DNA of 32,000 bases. Origin: Candidatus Saccharimonadota bacterium (GTDB lineage Archaea > Nanobdellota > Nanobdellia > Pacearchaeales > GW2011-AR1). The DNA lies in contig JBEKXS010000002.1 of NCBI GenBank assembly GCA_049511795.1, positions 30,001 to 62,000 on the forward strand, in the 5' to 3' direction. Shown piece after piece: positions 17,805-26,448 of the stretch. Below the pieces are notes generated by a model. That model made no database searches. It was not told the DNA's origin and saw nothing but the letters and a program-made list of their open reading frames with translations. The first letter of the stretch is position 1. Each line of letters begins with the position of its first letter. A program made the position numbers and the translations under genes.

Positions 17805-18305
17805 TTAGAACTTATACAGGAAAACATGGCCATCTCTCCTTGATGGTTTCATTCCTCTGAGTCTCCATGTGTTTGAAACAACTTTTGTCCCTTTTCTCAT
17901 TTCTTTTTTCAGTTTTTTTTCCAAATGGGGCATTACATGCCATACTTGAAACACAGAAACAATGTCAAACTTGGATAAATCAGCATTCCAGAAGTTTTCT
18001 TGTTTAATTATTGCGTTTTTTTGCAAACCGAGCCTTCTAATTCTCCATCTTGAAATCCATACAAGCAATGGATTTATTTCAAAGCCAGTAATAATTGCTC
18101 CTTTCTTTGCAAATTCAATAACAAGCTTTCCATTTCCAGATCCAAGCTCTGCAACTTTCTGCCCTTTCTTTACTTGTGAAAGTTTAATCATCTTCCTGGC
18201 AGCAGAACTGCTTGAGGCCTGATATGGAGCTCCAAAAAGAAAGCCAGAAAGCCAGAGAAAAATAATAAGAAAGCAAATTATACCTAAAATAAGATATAAA
18301 ATCAT
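17805..18305 (-). CDS. Membrane-anchored class I SAM-dependent methyltransferase (FAM173/ATPSCKMT-like architecture)
   Basis: N-terminal TM helix (ILYLILGIICFLIIFLWLSGFLF), then motif I VAELGSGNGKLV, post-I GFEINP and DIVSVFQV. The start codon lies 1 nt after the upstream stop. Confidence 0.6.
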   Translation of the reverse strand: MILYLILGIICFLIIFLWLSGFLFGAPYQASSSSAARKMIKLSQVKKGQKVAELGSGNGKLVIEFAKKGAIITGFEINPLLVWISRWRIRRLGLQKNAIIKQENFWNADLSKFDIVSVFQVWHVMPHLEKKLKKEMRKGTKVVSNTWRLRGMKPSRRDGHVFLYKF

Positions 18306-18306
18306 T

Positions 18307-18651
18307 TTATCTGAAATGGATTATGCTAAAAGTTATCAATGTCTGAACTATGACCAATCCTGCGTTAAGGAAAGTTATTGGTTTCTCTTTGTGGACAATC
18401 CCATAAAACATCCACATCAAAGAGAAGAATGAAAAACCAATCCATGCAAGCAATGACAATCCGTCAGCACTGTGAGTTGTCCAAATTTGGTATAATTGTA
18501 TTGTATTAAGCAAAGGCAAGATAATTGCACTTGCATATATTATATCATCTAGCATCCTGCCTGTCGCAGTTGGATGCGGATAGGCCTCTTTTTTCTGCTG
18601 AATCCTTTTTCTTAGGCTCATGTGATAGTGAGCTGTGTTGAATGTTGGCAT
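18307..18651 (-). CDS. SemiSWEET / PQ-loop-like three-helix membrane protein
   Basis: Three TM helices matching the SemiSWEET pattern: ILPLLNTIQLYQIW (the PQ position reads IQ), then SLMWMFYGI, then PITFLNAGLVIVQTLITFSII. There is a 35-aa N-terminal extension. Confidence 0.5.
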   Translation of the reverse strand: MPTFNTAHYHMSLRKRIQQKKEAYPHPTATGRMLDDIIYASAIILPLLNTIQLYQIWTTHSADGLSLLAWIGFSFFSLMWMFYGIVHKEKPITFLNAGLVIVQTLITFSIIHFR

Positions 18652-18703
18652 TAATAAAAATAGATTTTCTGGATTAAAAATCTATCTGAGACCATATGAA
18701 AAA

Positions 18704-18711
18704 TTTATAAA
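18704..18711 (+). promoter_or_regulatory. TATA box TTTATAAA, centre 26.5 nt upstream of topA ATG 18734
   Basis: Sequence and spacing were read directly. It supports the long N-terminal tail being translated. Confidence 0.55.
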
Positions 18712-18733
18712 ACACTGGTTTCCTCTATAAAGA

Positions 18734-21073
18734 ATGCCAAAGGCGTCAAAAAAACAAAAGCAGACAAGGGCAGAAATAACGGCGCAGGAATTTTTTCCTG
18801 TAAAGCCAGAAGACCTAAAATATTCTATTGAAAAGCAGGTGAAGCACATAGATGTCTCCTCTCTTACAACAGTTGAAAAAGAAGGGAAAAAGATTCAGGA
18901 AAAACCAATAAAAACAAAGAAACCAAGAGCGAAAAAAGGAACAAAAGAAAAAAAAGCAAAAAGACCAAAGAAAACAGCAATGGATTTTGCTCCAAAGAAA
19001 ATAAATCTCAAGCAAGGCGGCTACGAACTTATTGTAACAGAAAAACCACAGGCAGCTTTGAAGATTGCATCAGCCCTGGGAAAATCAACACAAAGAAATG
19101 AGCATGGTGTTTCTTATTATGAAGTTGACAGGAATGGAAAAGAAATTGTTGTTGCCTGCGCTGTCGGACATTTGTTCACTTTAACGCAAACTTCAAGAAA
19201 TATGACAGGTGGCCCTACATTTGATATAAAATGGGTTCCAAATTACATTGCAAGAAAAGGCGATTTCACAAAAAAATATTATGACACTCTTCTTTCTCTT
19301 GTGAAAGGTGCTGGTTCTATTACAGTTGCAACAGATTATGATACAGAAGGGGAAGTTATAGGACTGAATATTGTCCGTTTCATAGCAAATCAGAAAGATG
19401 CCTCAAGAATGAAATACTCAACTCTTACTGATAAAGAGCTTAATGATTCTTATGAGAATAAAGCACAAACAATTGATTGGGGACAGGCAATAGCAGGTGA
19501 AACAAGACACTATCTTGACTGGTTTTATGGAATAAATCTTTCAAGGGAATTAATGAATGCTTTGAAATCAGTTGGAAAATTCAAAATAATGTCAATCGGC
19601 CGTGTGCAAGGACCAACATTAAACCTTATTGTTGAAAAAGAAAAGCAAATTATTGGTTTCAAGCCTCTTCCTTACTGGCAGATTTTCATAAGACTCGAAA
19701 ATCCAGAAATAGAGCTTGTTCATAACAAAGATATTTTCAAAAAGACAGAGCTTGATAAATTTAAAGATCTAAAAGGAAAAATAGCAGACGTTGAAACGCA
19801 GAAGAAAACACAGGAAATACCTCCAAATCCTCCCTTTAATTTAACAATACTTCAAACAGAAGCATACAGGGTTTTCGGAATAAATCCAGCAAGAACACTT
19901 CAGCTGGCTCAAAATCTTTACCTTGCAGGTTTGATTTCTTATCCAAGAACTTCAAGCCAAAAACTGCCACCTTCAATAGCTTACAATGACATTTTAAAAA
20001 AGCTGGCTGCAAGATTTGGTGTTGAAGCATTGATAAAAAGAAAAACACCAATTGAGGGAAAAAAGACAGACCCTGCCCATCCTTCAATATATCCTACAGG
20101 AAACCAGGGAACAATAAGTGAAGATGAGGAAAAAATTTATGGATTGATAGCAAAAAGATTTCTCTCCTTGTTCTGCGAAGATGCAGTTATTGAAAATAAA
20201 GTCATAACAGCAAAAGTAAATGGATTTAATTTTGTAAAACGTGGTTCTTTTGTTGAAAAACCTGGCTGGATGGCTATTTATCCAATAAAAATGCCAGAAG
20301 CGCATATTCCTGATGTTAATGGAAAAATAAAAATCTCGAACTCAAATATAATTGAAAAAGAAACTCAGCCTCCAAAGCGTTTTTCTCCTGCTTCACTTGT
20401 TTCAGAGCTTGAAAAAAGAAATCTTGGAACAAAGGCAACAAGAGCTTCTGTAATTGAAACACTTTATGACCGTGGCTACATACAAGGGCAAAGCATAAAA
20501 GCAACTCCCCTAGGAATTTCTCTTATTGAAACTCTTGAAAAGCACGGACCTATTATAATTGATGAAAAACTGACAAGAAGTTTTGAAAAAGAAATGAATG
20601 AAATCCAAATTGCAAAGAAAAACCAACAAGAAAAAGAAGAAAAAGTAATCAATGAAGCAAAAACAGCCATAACAAAGATCTCACAGGAGTTTAAGTCAAA
20701 GGAAAAAGAAATAGGTGAAGAGCTTGCAGGAGCAAATCAGAAAATATGGGAACAGCAAAGAGAGGAAAACAAGTTGAATCCCTGCCCTGTTTGCCAGAAG
20801 GGAAATCTGAAAATAACTTATTCTCCAAAAACAAAGCGTTCTTTCATTGCATGCGACAGATATCCTGAATGCAAGAACACTTATTCTCTACCTCCTAGCA
20901 CATTCATAAAAAAAGCAGACAAGATTTGCGACAAATGTGGCTTCCCTATGTTAATGTCTTTGAAAAAAGGTAAGCGTCCTTGGATTTTCTGTTTCAACCG
21001 AGAATGCGAAACAAACAAGGCAAGATTAGAAGAATATAGAAAGAAGAAGGAAGCAGAGAACAATAATTCTTAA
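18734..21073 (+). CDS. topA: Type IA DNA topoisomerase (archaeal Topo III/TopA-like) with Lys-rich N-terminal tail
   Basis: Toprim (ELIVTEKPQAA ... DYDTEGE), active-site Tyr context GLISYPRTSSQ, and two C-terminal C4 ribbons (CPVCQKG...CDRYPEC and CDKCGFP...CFNREC). TTTATAAA (18704-18711) is centred 26.5 nt upstream of the ATG at 18734. Confidence 0.9.
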   Translation: MPKASKKQKQTRAEITAQEFFPVKPEDLKYSIEKQVKHIDVSSLTTVEKEGKKIQEKPIKTKKPRAKKGTKEKKAKRPKKTAMDFAPKKINLKQGGYELIVTEKPQAALKIASALGKSTQRNEHGVSYYEVDRNGKEIVVACAVGHLFTLTQTSRNMTGGPTFDIKWVPNYIARKGDFTKKYYDTLLSLVKGAGSITVATDYDTEGEVIGLNIVRFIANQKDASRMKYSTLTDKELNDSYENKAQTIDWGQAIAGETRHYLDWFYGINLSRELMNALKSVGKFKIMSIGRVQGPTLNLIVEKEKQIIGFKPLPYWQIFIRLENPEIELVHNKDIFKKTELDKFKDLKGKIADVETQKKTQEIPPNPPFNLTILQTEAYRVFGINPARTLQLAQNLYLAGLISYPRTSSQKLPPSIAYNDILKKLAARFGVEALIKRKTPIEGKKTDPAHPSIYPTGNQGTISEDEEKIYGLIAKRFLSLFCEDAVIENKVITAKVNGFNFVKRGSFVEKPGWMAIYPIKMPEAHIPDVNGKIKISNSNIIEKETQPPKRFSPASLVSELEKRNLGTKATRASVIETLYDRGYIQGQSIKATPLGISLIETLEKHGPIIIDEKLTRSFEKEMNEIQIAKKNQQEKEEKVINEAKTAITKISQEFKSKEKEIGEELAGANQKIWEQQREENKLNPCPVCQKGNLKITYSPKTKRSFIACDRYPECKNTYSLPPSTFIKKADKICDKCGFPMLMSLKKGKRPWIFCFNRECETNKARLEEYRKKKEAENNNS

Positions 21074-22287
21074 AACCACTTCTGCAAGTTTGTCTGGGTC
21101 TTTATGCTTTCAAGTATTTTGCTTTTCTTGATTATTTTTGAGGGGTCGTAACCAAACTTTATCATTCCAACTTTCCTCACGCTTTCAATCATTTCTTTCA
21201 TATCTGCAAATTGGAATTTCTTGTTTTCCATTGCTTTCTTTACGCTTTCCCTGACAACCCAGACACCCAAAGCTGCCCAATAAGTTGGAAGCTCTATTCT
21301 TATTGCCAAAACACTTGCCTGCCTCTGAACGCTTTCAAGATATTCTAATATAGGGAGCCTTGCTGCATAGTACCCACCAACAGTATTGCTTGCATAAGTT
21401 GTTCTTCCATAAAAATCTTCCATGTCTGTTGAAGCTTTTATTTCATTGCTTGGATTCCATGAGCTTCCTGGCAAATAAAGTTCAAAAAGTTCATATGAAA
21501 AAATATTTGGAAAAAGCATTATAAGATAGCAGTTTCCCATAAATTCTCCAAAGAAAAATTCATAATTTTCAATCCATTTGTAATTTCTAATGTTTTCCAA
21601 AAGTCTTTTTCCAATCATGTCATCTGTTGCTGTTATTGACCAGCGAGTTGGCACGAGCTTTCTGTCTTTTTTCATTCCTAAAACACCAACGCTAAGAATT
21701 TTGCTTAATGTGTATTCTGAAAAAGAATTTTTATAAAGAAAATCAACAGCCTCAGTTGCTTTTATATCATCATTCATAACCTTGTCAAGTTTCTGATCAA
21801 TCTTTACATTGCTGGTTATTGTTGCTTTTTTTAATGGGGCGTGCATTCCCTGAGGTAAGACAACGCGGTCTCTCTTGAAACCAGGCCCAACTTTTGATTT
21901 TAATTCAATTTCTAAGTCAACAGGGCGTGAGGCAATTGCAATTTCCTGAGCCATATCAACAAATTTTTTGTTGTTTGTTCTTGGGTCAGTTACTTTTGAC
22001 TGGAATCTTGAATTAAGAAGGCTTTCCCTGAGATTTATCACATCGCGAATTCCAAAATTGTTCTTTGCCCAGAATTCTGCATCATCATAAACCCATGCAT
22101 CCTCATCTCTTTCCAATGGGCTTAAAATTCCTACATTCACCAAAGGATATTTTAGCTTTGATCCAATAAAAACACTTGGTGGAGAGCTTGAAGAGATTTG
22201 AGAAACCTTACCAATATCTCTGTATTTGAATTTAGTGTCAGCTATCTTTTTTATTACTTCAAATTTTATGTCTTTCTCCTCTGGCAT
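21070..22287 (-). CDS. nreA: Nre-family (DUF650/DUF651-type) archaeal DNA-repair protein
   Basis: The size (405 aa) and overall pattern match my recollection of archaeal NreA/NreB. The C-terminus is a canonical PIP box, QTNLQKWF. Confidence 0.65.
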   Translation of the reverse strand: MPEEKDIKFEVIKKIADTKFKYRDIGKVSQISSSSPPSVFIGSKLKYPLVNVGILSPLERDEDAWVYDDAEFWAKNNFGIRDVINLRESLLNSRFQSKVTDPRTNNKKFVDMAQEIAIASRPVDLEIELKSKVGPGFKRDRVVLPQGMHAPLKKATITSNVKIDQKLDKVMNDDIKATEAVDFLYKNSFSEYTLSKILSVGVLGMKKDRKLVPTRWSITATDDMIGKRLLENIRNYKWIENYEFFFGEFMGNCYLIMLFPNIFSYELFELYLPGSSWNPSNEIKASTDMEDFYGRTTYASNTVGGYYAARLPILEYLESVQRQASVLAIRIELPTYWAALGVWVVRESVKKAMENKKFQFADMKEMIESVRKVGMIKFGYDPSKIIKKSKILESIKTQTNLQKWF

Positions 22288-22379
22288 TAAAAATCAAGGA
22301 AAAAGATGTTTAAATTATTTAAGAACTACCGAAAAGTCGTTTAAAAAATAAAAGAAGGAAAAAAATAAAAAATCAGAAT

Positions 22380-22571
22380 TTACCTTCTTCTTCCTTGGCC
22401 TTCTCCGTGCATTTTGCATTTGCTGCAGAACAGTCCATGTAATACAAGCAATGCAGCTGCAACAATAACTACCCACATGCTAGCTGTAGCACCGAGTATT
22501 GTTGGCCAAATTGTAACAATCAAGATGATAAGACCTAAAATAAGATCCTTACCATGGTGATGCATCCACAT
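22380..22571 (-). CDS. Small two-helix membrane protein with His/Cys-rich termini (63 aa)
   Basis: MWMHHHGKD...two hydrophobic helices...HGLFCSKCKMHGEGQGRRR. I prefer the start at ATG 22571 because TTATAAAA (revcomp of 22594-22601) is centred 26.5 nt upstream. The track start at 22586 would place a GGAGGTGA inside the ORF. Confidence 0.5.
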   Translation of the reverse strand: MWMHHHGKDLILGLIILIVTIWPTILGATASMWVVIVAAALLVLHGLFCSKCKMHGEGQGRRR

Positions 22572-22627
22572 AGTTTTCACCTCCATTAATCAGTTTTATA
22601 AGAAAAAAGCCTTAATAAATCTGGTGA

Positions 22628-23365
22628 TTATATCCATCCTCTTCTAAAAATTCCTGCATTTCTTATTTCAAAATTAAGCTCTTTCTGCGGCATGCTCCTG
22701 TGTTTCAGGAGAGTTGCTTTTCTCTTTCCATTTTCATTTTTCAACTCAATTATTGCCTTGCTCCAATATTTCATCAAATCCCCACCAACAAGATTTACAC
22801 CTGGCTTGACTCCTTTCTTTAACTGCTCTTCTGAAAGAAATTCAGAGTAAACTTGATTTGTTATTATAACAGGAATATTTTGCTTTCTGGAAATCTCAGA
22901 AAGAAGCTTCATCTGCCAGGCAAGGGCGCGGTTGACCTTTTTTATGTCTTCTTCGCTTGCGTTTTCTTTTTCCTTGACATTTCCTATCTCAAGTCTGTAA
23001 TGCATTGCCATACCATCTACAATAATCAGGCCTATTTTTTCTTTCTTTGTTTGCTCTACTAATTTGTCAAAAATTTTTCTTTGCTCATAAAAACCTATTG
23101 GCTGTAAAAGAAGGATATTTTCTAGGATTTTTTTGTAGTCTTCCCCAACAATCTGTTTTACCCTTTCAGAAGAAAATCCGCCCTCTGTGTCTATGAAAAT
23201 TACTTTTGTTCCTTTCTTTGCCAAACTGCATGCAACAAGTATTACGAAATTTGTTTTCCCGCTTGCGGGAGGACCTGCAATCATTGTTATGATTCCTGCT
23301 TCATATCCCCCATAAAGCCATTTGTTTAGGTCAAAGCTTCCTGCAGAAATCTTCTGAATGTCCAT
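22628..23365 (-). CDS. radB: RadB-type recombinase paralog (RadA/RecA core without N-terminal HhH domain)
   Basis: Walker A GPPASGKT, IFIDTEGGFSSERV, Walker B GLIIVDG; 245 aa. Confidence 0.8.
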   Translation of the reverse strand: MDIQKISAGSFDLNKWLYGGYEAGIITMIAGPPASGKTNFVILVACSLAKKGTKVIFIDTEGGFSSERVKQIVGEDYKKILENILLLQPIGFYEQRKIFDKLVEQTKKEKIGLIIVDGMAMHYRLEIGNVKEKENASEEDIKKVNRALAWQMKLLSEISRKQNIPVIITNQVYSEFLSEEQLKKGVKPGVNLVGGDLMKYWSKAIIELKNENGKRKATLLKHRSMPQKELNFEIRNAGIFRRGWI

Positions 23366-23413
23366 ATCTAAGAAAAATTGTTTTGATTAATAAGGATTAT
23401 TATAACAGAAAAC

Positions 23414-23677
23414 TTACTTCATCTTTTTGAAATCAGCTTCAATTTTGTCAAGGTCTTTTGTTATTTCCTTGACAGCATCTGCAATTGCTTTCTTGGCTGT
23501 CTTGCCTTTTGTCACAACCTTCAATATCGGCTTTTCAGAGGGGTGCTCTCTTTTCCAGGCTGCGAAACTCACTCCAGAATCTTTGTTAAGATAAACTCTT
23601 AGAATTTCAACCAAAGTCAGGTTTTCAAGCCTTACCTCAATTTCTTCCTTTGAGCTTTTGAGAATTTCGAGTTCCAT
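23414..23677 (-). CDS. rpoL: DNA-directed RNA polymerase subunit L (Rpo11)
   Basis: 87 aa. It reads ...IEVRLENLTLVEILRVYLNKDSGVSFAAWKREHPSEKPILKVVTKG..., typical of RpoL/Rpb11. TTTTTAAA (revcomp of 23699-23706) is centred 25.5 nt upstream of the ATG. Confidence 0.8.
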   Translation of the reverse strand: MELEILKSSKEEIEVRLENLTLVEILRVYLNKDSGVSFAAWKREHPSEKPILKVVTKGKTAKKAIADAVKEITKDLDKIEADFKKMK

Positions 23678-23698
23678 ATTAAGAAATCATAAATTTAG

Positions 23699-23706
23699 TT
23701 TAAAAA
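23699..23706 (-). promoter_or_regulatory. TATA box TTTTTAAA (minus strand), centre 25.5 nt upstream of rpoL ATG 23677
   Basis: Sequence and spacing were read directly. Confidence 0.5.
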
Positions 23707-23721
23707 ACTTTGCACTTTCAA

Positions 23722-24486
23722 TTAATCGTAATCTTGAACATATTTCTTCTCTTTATTATTCTCTTTCTCTTCAACTTTATTTTTTTCTTTTTCCATTTTT
23801 ATCCTTTTCAAGTCATCTATTTTCAAGTTATCAAGTATTTTCCTGTCAAAGCTGATGATTCCTGATTTAGGATAAACAATCTTTTGTGGTTCTGGTTTTT
23901 TTGTTTCTGGAACAATATTTGAATTATTTAAATTAAGTTTTGGTTGAGCATTTTGGGTGTTTGTTTGTATAGGAGTTGATGTTGTTTTCACAATCTTAAC
24001 ACCAAGAAATCTTTCAAGTTTATTTGGCAAATCATATCCCTGAGGAATAACTCCCTGCTCTGCCATTTTGATTGCGCTTTCTGATTCCCCTATTCTTTCA
24101 GCAAGCTGCCCTTGTGTAAGTCCTTTTACTCTTCGAACTCTCATGATAATCCAATGAAAATTGTCAACAAGGTCTGGCCTTGGTGCAAGACTTACTGCTT
24201 CCTGTTTTGTTTTTTTCTCATAATTCCTGCTTATCACTTCTTTTGCTCTGCTTTCCCTTATTGGTTGGAATCTCTCTTCTTTCGGCTTAACTCCTGAAAG
24301 CCTAACCATTGTTTCATAAACAGTATCTTTTTTCTCAAAATCTTCTTTTTTTAATCCTGGCTTCTTCACAAGAGGATATCCTTGCTCTTGTGCGCAGTTC
24401 TCGCAGACAAGAACAATGCCTGTGGGAGAAAGTGCCCGGAAAATCGGCCTTGTAAGTTCGCTCACTCCGCAAATAGAACATTCCAT
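23722..24486 (-). CDS. mbf1: Archaeal MBF1-like protein (Zn ribbon + Cro/C1 HTH) with C-terminal low-complexity extension
   Basis: N-terminal CSICG...CENC ribbon and an HTH, GLTQGQLAERIGESESAIKMAEQG. An approximately 90-aa Asn/Lys/Glu-rich tail follows, which canonical aMBF1 lacks. Confidence 0.7.
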   Translation of the reverse strand: MECSICGVSELTRPIFRALSPTGIVLVCENCAQEQGYPLVKKPGLKKEDFEKKDTVYETMVRLSGVKPKEERFQPIRESRAKEVISRNYEKKTKQEAVSLAPRPDLVDNFHWIIMRVRRVKGLTQGQLAERIGESESAIKMAEQGVIPQGYDLPNKLERFLGVKIVKTTSTPIQTNTQNAQPKLNLNNSNIVPETKKPEPQKIVYPKSGIISFDRKILDNLKIDDLKRIKMEKEKNKVEEKENNKEKKYVQDYD

Positions 24487-24551
24487 AAAAGAAAGAGAAA
24501 AAAGTCGTTTTTTAATATTTGGATATGTCAGAATATAGGAAAATTTCCGTT

Positions 24552-25208
24552 TTATTTAAGGTATGTAGCCAAATTATTTGCGCTTGTTATGTTGTAAAGA
24601 ACATAATTATTGTCAATTATTACAACAGGGTATTTTGTTATATTAAATGAGTTTGTCAAGGAATTCAAGGAGCTAAGATTGCTGTCAACAGCTATTGGAA
24701 TAAGTATTATATGGTTGCCTTGCTGCTGCTTCAAGTCGAACAATGTCTGTGACCATACGCTTTGTTCTGCTTTCTGGTTTAGATCCTGTGTGTCATACTG
24801 ATAAAGATAGACAACTGTTGAAAGATTTGTCTTGCACTTGTCAGGTATCTGCATCATGTCTGCCCACAAAAGTGTTCTCAAAAGATCATATCTTGTATGC
24901 GCCAGCCTTAGAGAATCTGTAAGCTTCCCTGCTGATTCATATTGCTCTAAAGTATAAGCTTCCTGGTAAATTCTGTCTGCAAAATCAATGCTTGAGTTTA
25001 TGAAAGCATCGCATGTAACTGCATTTGACTGAAAAACATTGTTCAAAGCAAGAGAATCAATCAATGATATTTCTGAAGAAGAATAAAAGCTGTTTATTTT
25101 GTTCGCATTGGCATTCTCATAAGCGATTCCTATAAAGATGCCAAGGGCAAAAACAGCAACTGTAATAATTAAGGCTTCCCAAAAAGCATGTTTTGAACTT
25201 TCTAACAT
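24552..25208 (-). CDS. Type II membrane-anchored extracytoplasmic protein (hypothetical), downstream partner of the GT2 synthase
   Basis: A single N-terminal TM helix (FWEALIITVAVFALGIFIGIAY), then a roughly 180-aa domain with several N-x-S/T sequons (NSS, NLS, NLSS, NIT x2). There is a 6-nt gap to the GT2 stop. Confidence 0.5.
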   Translation of the reverse strand: MLESSKHAFWEALIITVAVFALGIFIGIAYENANANKINSFYSSSEISLIDSLALNNVFQSNAVTCDAFINSSIDFADRIYQEAYTLEQYESAGKLTDSLRLAHTRYDLLRTLLWADMMQIPDKCKTNLSTVVYLYQYDTQDLNQKAEQSVWSQTLFDLKQQQGNHIILIPIAVDSNLSSLNSLTNSFNITKYPVVIIDNNYVLYNITSANNLATYLK

Positions 25209-25214
25209 TTTATT

Positions 25215-26447
25215 TTACCATTTATGTGTTTTTGTGATATACTTGAATGCTGAATTGACCAATATTATTGGGTATGCCAGCAAATAAACGAATGAATACA
25301 CAAAAAAGCTGAATATGCCTTGCTTTTTAAATCCTTTTTCTTTTGTGTAACTCAAAGCAACAAGAGTAAATGCTGTTCCCAAAACAAGCAATGCCATTCC
25401 AAAAAAGAACAATACTGTTGGAGTGAGATTTATGTCTCTTAGAGTTAAGATTGCTGTTTGTGCCTGAGAAGCATAGAAAGTTGAAAAGTAATATATTATT
25501 GCCTGCCTTATTATTCTGTATGCCAAGAACAAGATTCCAACAACACCTATTACCCAAGACATGACAAAGAAAGGAAGTATGAAAACTCCAAGCATTCCTG
25601 CTTTCATGAAGTTACTTTTATACTTGTTTATTGTTTGTATCCCTCCTACATTCCATCTTATTCTCTGTTTGTACCACATCTTGAATTTGTCAGGAGCAAC
25701 TGTGTAAACTCTTGAAAGAGTGCTCATTGCTATCTTGTAGCCATGCGAGACAAAGTTCCAAGTGATTTCAATGTCTTCTGTCATGTTTGTTTCATCAAAG
25801 CAGCCGACTTTGTCGAAAAGTTTTTTTCTGTAAATTGCCAAGGGTCCTGGGGTAACATAAATGGCATCAACAAAACCGAGAAGCTTTCTTGAGAAAGTTA
25901 TTATTTTGTATTCTATTGCCTGAAGTTTTTCAATGAAATTGTATCTGTTTTTTGCAAGAACAGTTGATGTTACAGCAGCTATTTTAGGATCATCAAAGAA
26001 TCCAATCATATTTCTTATTGCATGTTTTTCTGGGTATGAATCTGCATCTACAAATCCAATAAGTTCTGTTGTTACAAATCTTGCGCCATAATTCTTTGCA
26101 CCACTTGCTTTTCCAGAGTTTCTCGGTGTCTGCACAGCTATAACTCTGCTGTATTTTGTAGCATATTTCTTTATTATTTCATAAGAATTGTCAGTGCTGC
26201 AGTCATCAACAACAATTATTTTTCTCAGATTTCTATAATCAGAATTCAAAAGTGCCTCAATTGTTCCTCCAATGCTTTCTTCCTCATTATAACAAGGAAC
26301 AACAATACTCAGTGAATATTCTTTTGTTAATTTTGGAACTGTAAAGAATTTATCTTTGTTCTTTAGGTAAATCATAATAAAAAGAAAGAGAAAGTAAAGT
26401 GCTATGAAACTGTATACAAGATAAACTATTGTTATAAAATCCAACAT
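25215..26447 (-). CDS. Processive family-2 glycosyltransferase (NodC/IcaA/PgaC/HAS-like synthase)
   Basis: N-terminal TM helix. GT-A core SIVVPCYNEE...VVDDCSTDNS. DxD FVDADS, TED motif NMTEDIE and QxxRW motif KQRIRWNVG, followed by about four C-terminal TM helices; 410 aa. Confidence 0.8.
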   Translation of the reverse strand: MLDFITIVYLVYSFIALYFLFLFIMIYLKNKDKFFTVPKLTKEYSLSIVVPCYNEEESIGGTIEALLNSDYRNLRKIIVVDDCSTDNSYEIIKKYATKYSRVIAVQTPRNSGKASGAKNYGARFVTTELIGFVDADSYPEKHAIRNMIGFFDDPKIAAVTSTVLAKNRYNFIEKLQAIEYKIITFSRKLLGFVDAIYVTPGPLAIYRKKLFDKVGCFDETNMTEDIEITWNFVSHGYKIAMSTLSRVYTVAPDKFKMWYKQRIRWNVGGIQTINKYKSNFMKAGMLGVFILPFFVMSWVIGVVGILFLAYRIIRQAIIYYFSTFYASQAQTAILTLRDINLTPTVLFFFGMALLVLGTAFTLVALSYTKEKGFKKQGIFSFFVYSFVYLLAYPIILVNSAFKYITKTHKW

Positions 26448-26448
26448 T

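Noticed and set aside
22577-22584. A perfect Shine-Dalgarno-like GGAGGTGA lies 5 nt upstream of the ATG at 22571.
   Set aside because: The TATA box at 22594-22601 predicts a transcription start at about 22571-22573. That would exclude the motif from the mRNA, and SD motifs are otherwise absent upstream of genes here. I keep it only as an unresolved alternative.
22332-24510. A shared 11-mer, AAAAGTCGTTT, upstream of nre (22332-22342) and mbf1 (24500-24510), considered as a possible common regulatory motif.
   Set aside because: The two copies lie at different distances from their start codons, about 50 versus 19 nt. They sit in A/T-rich context where such matches are likely by chance, and there is no third copy.
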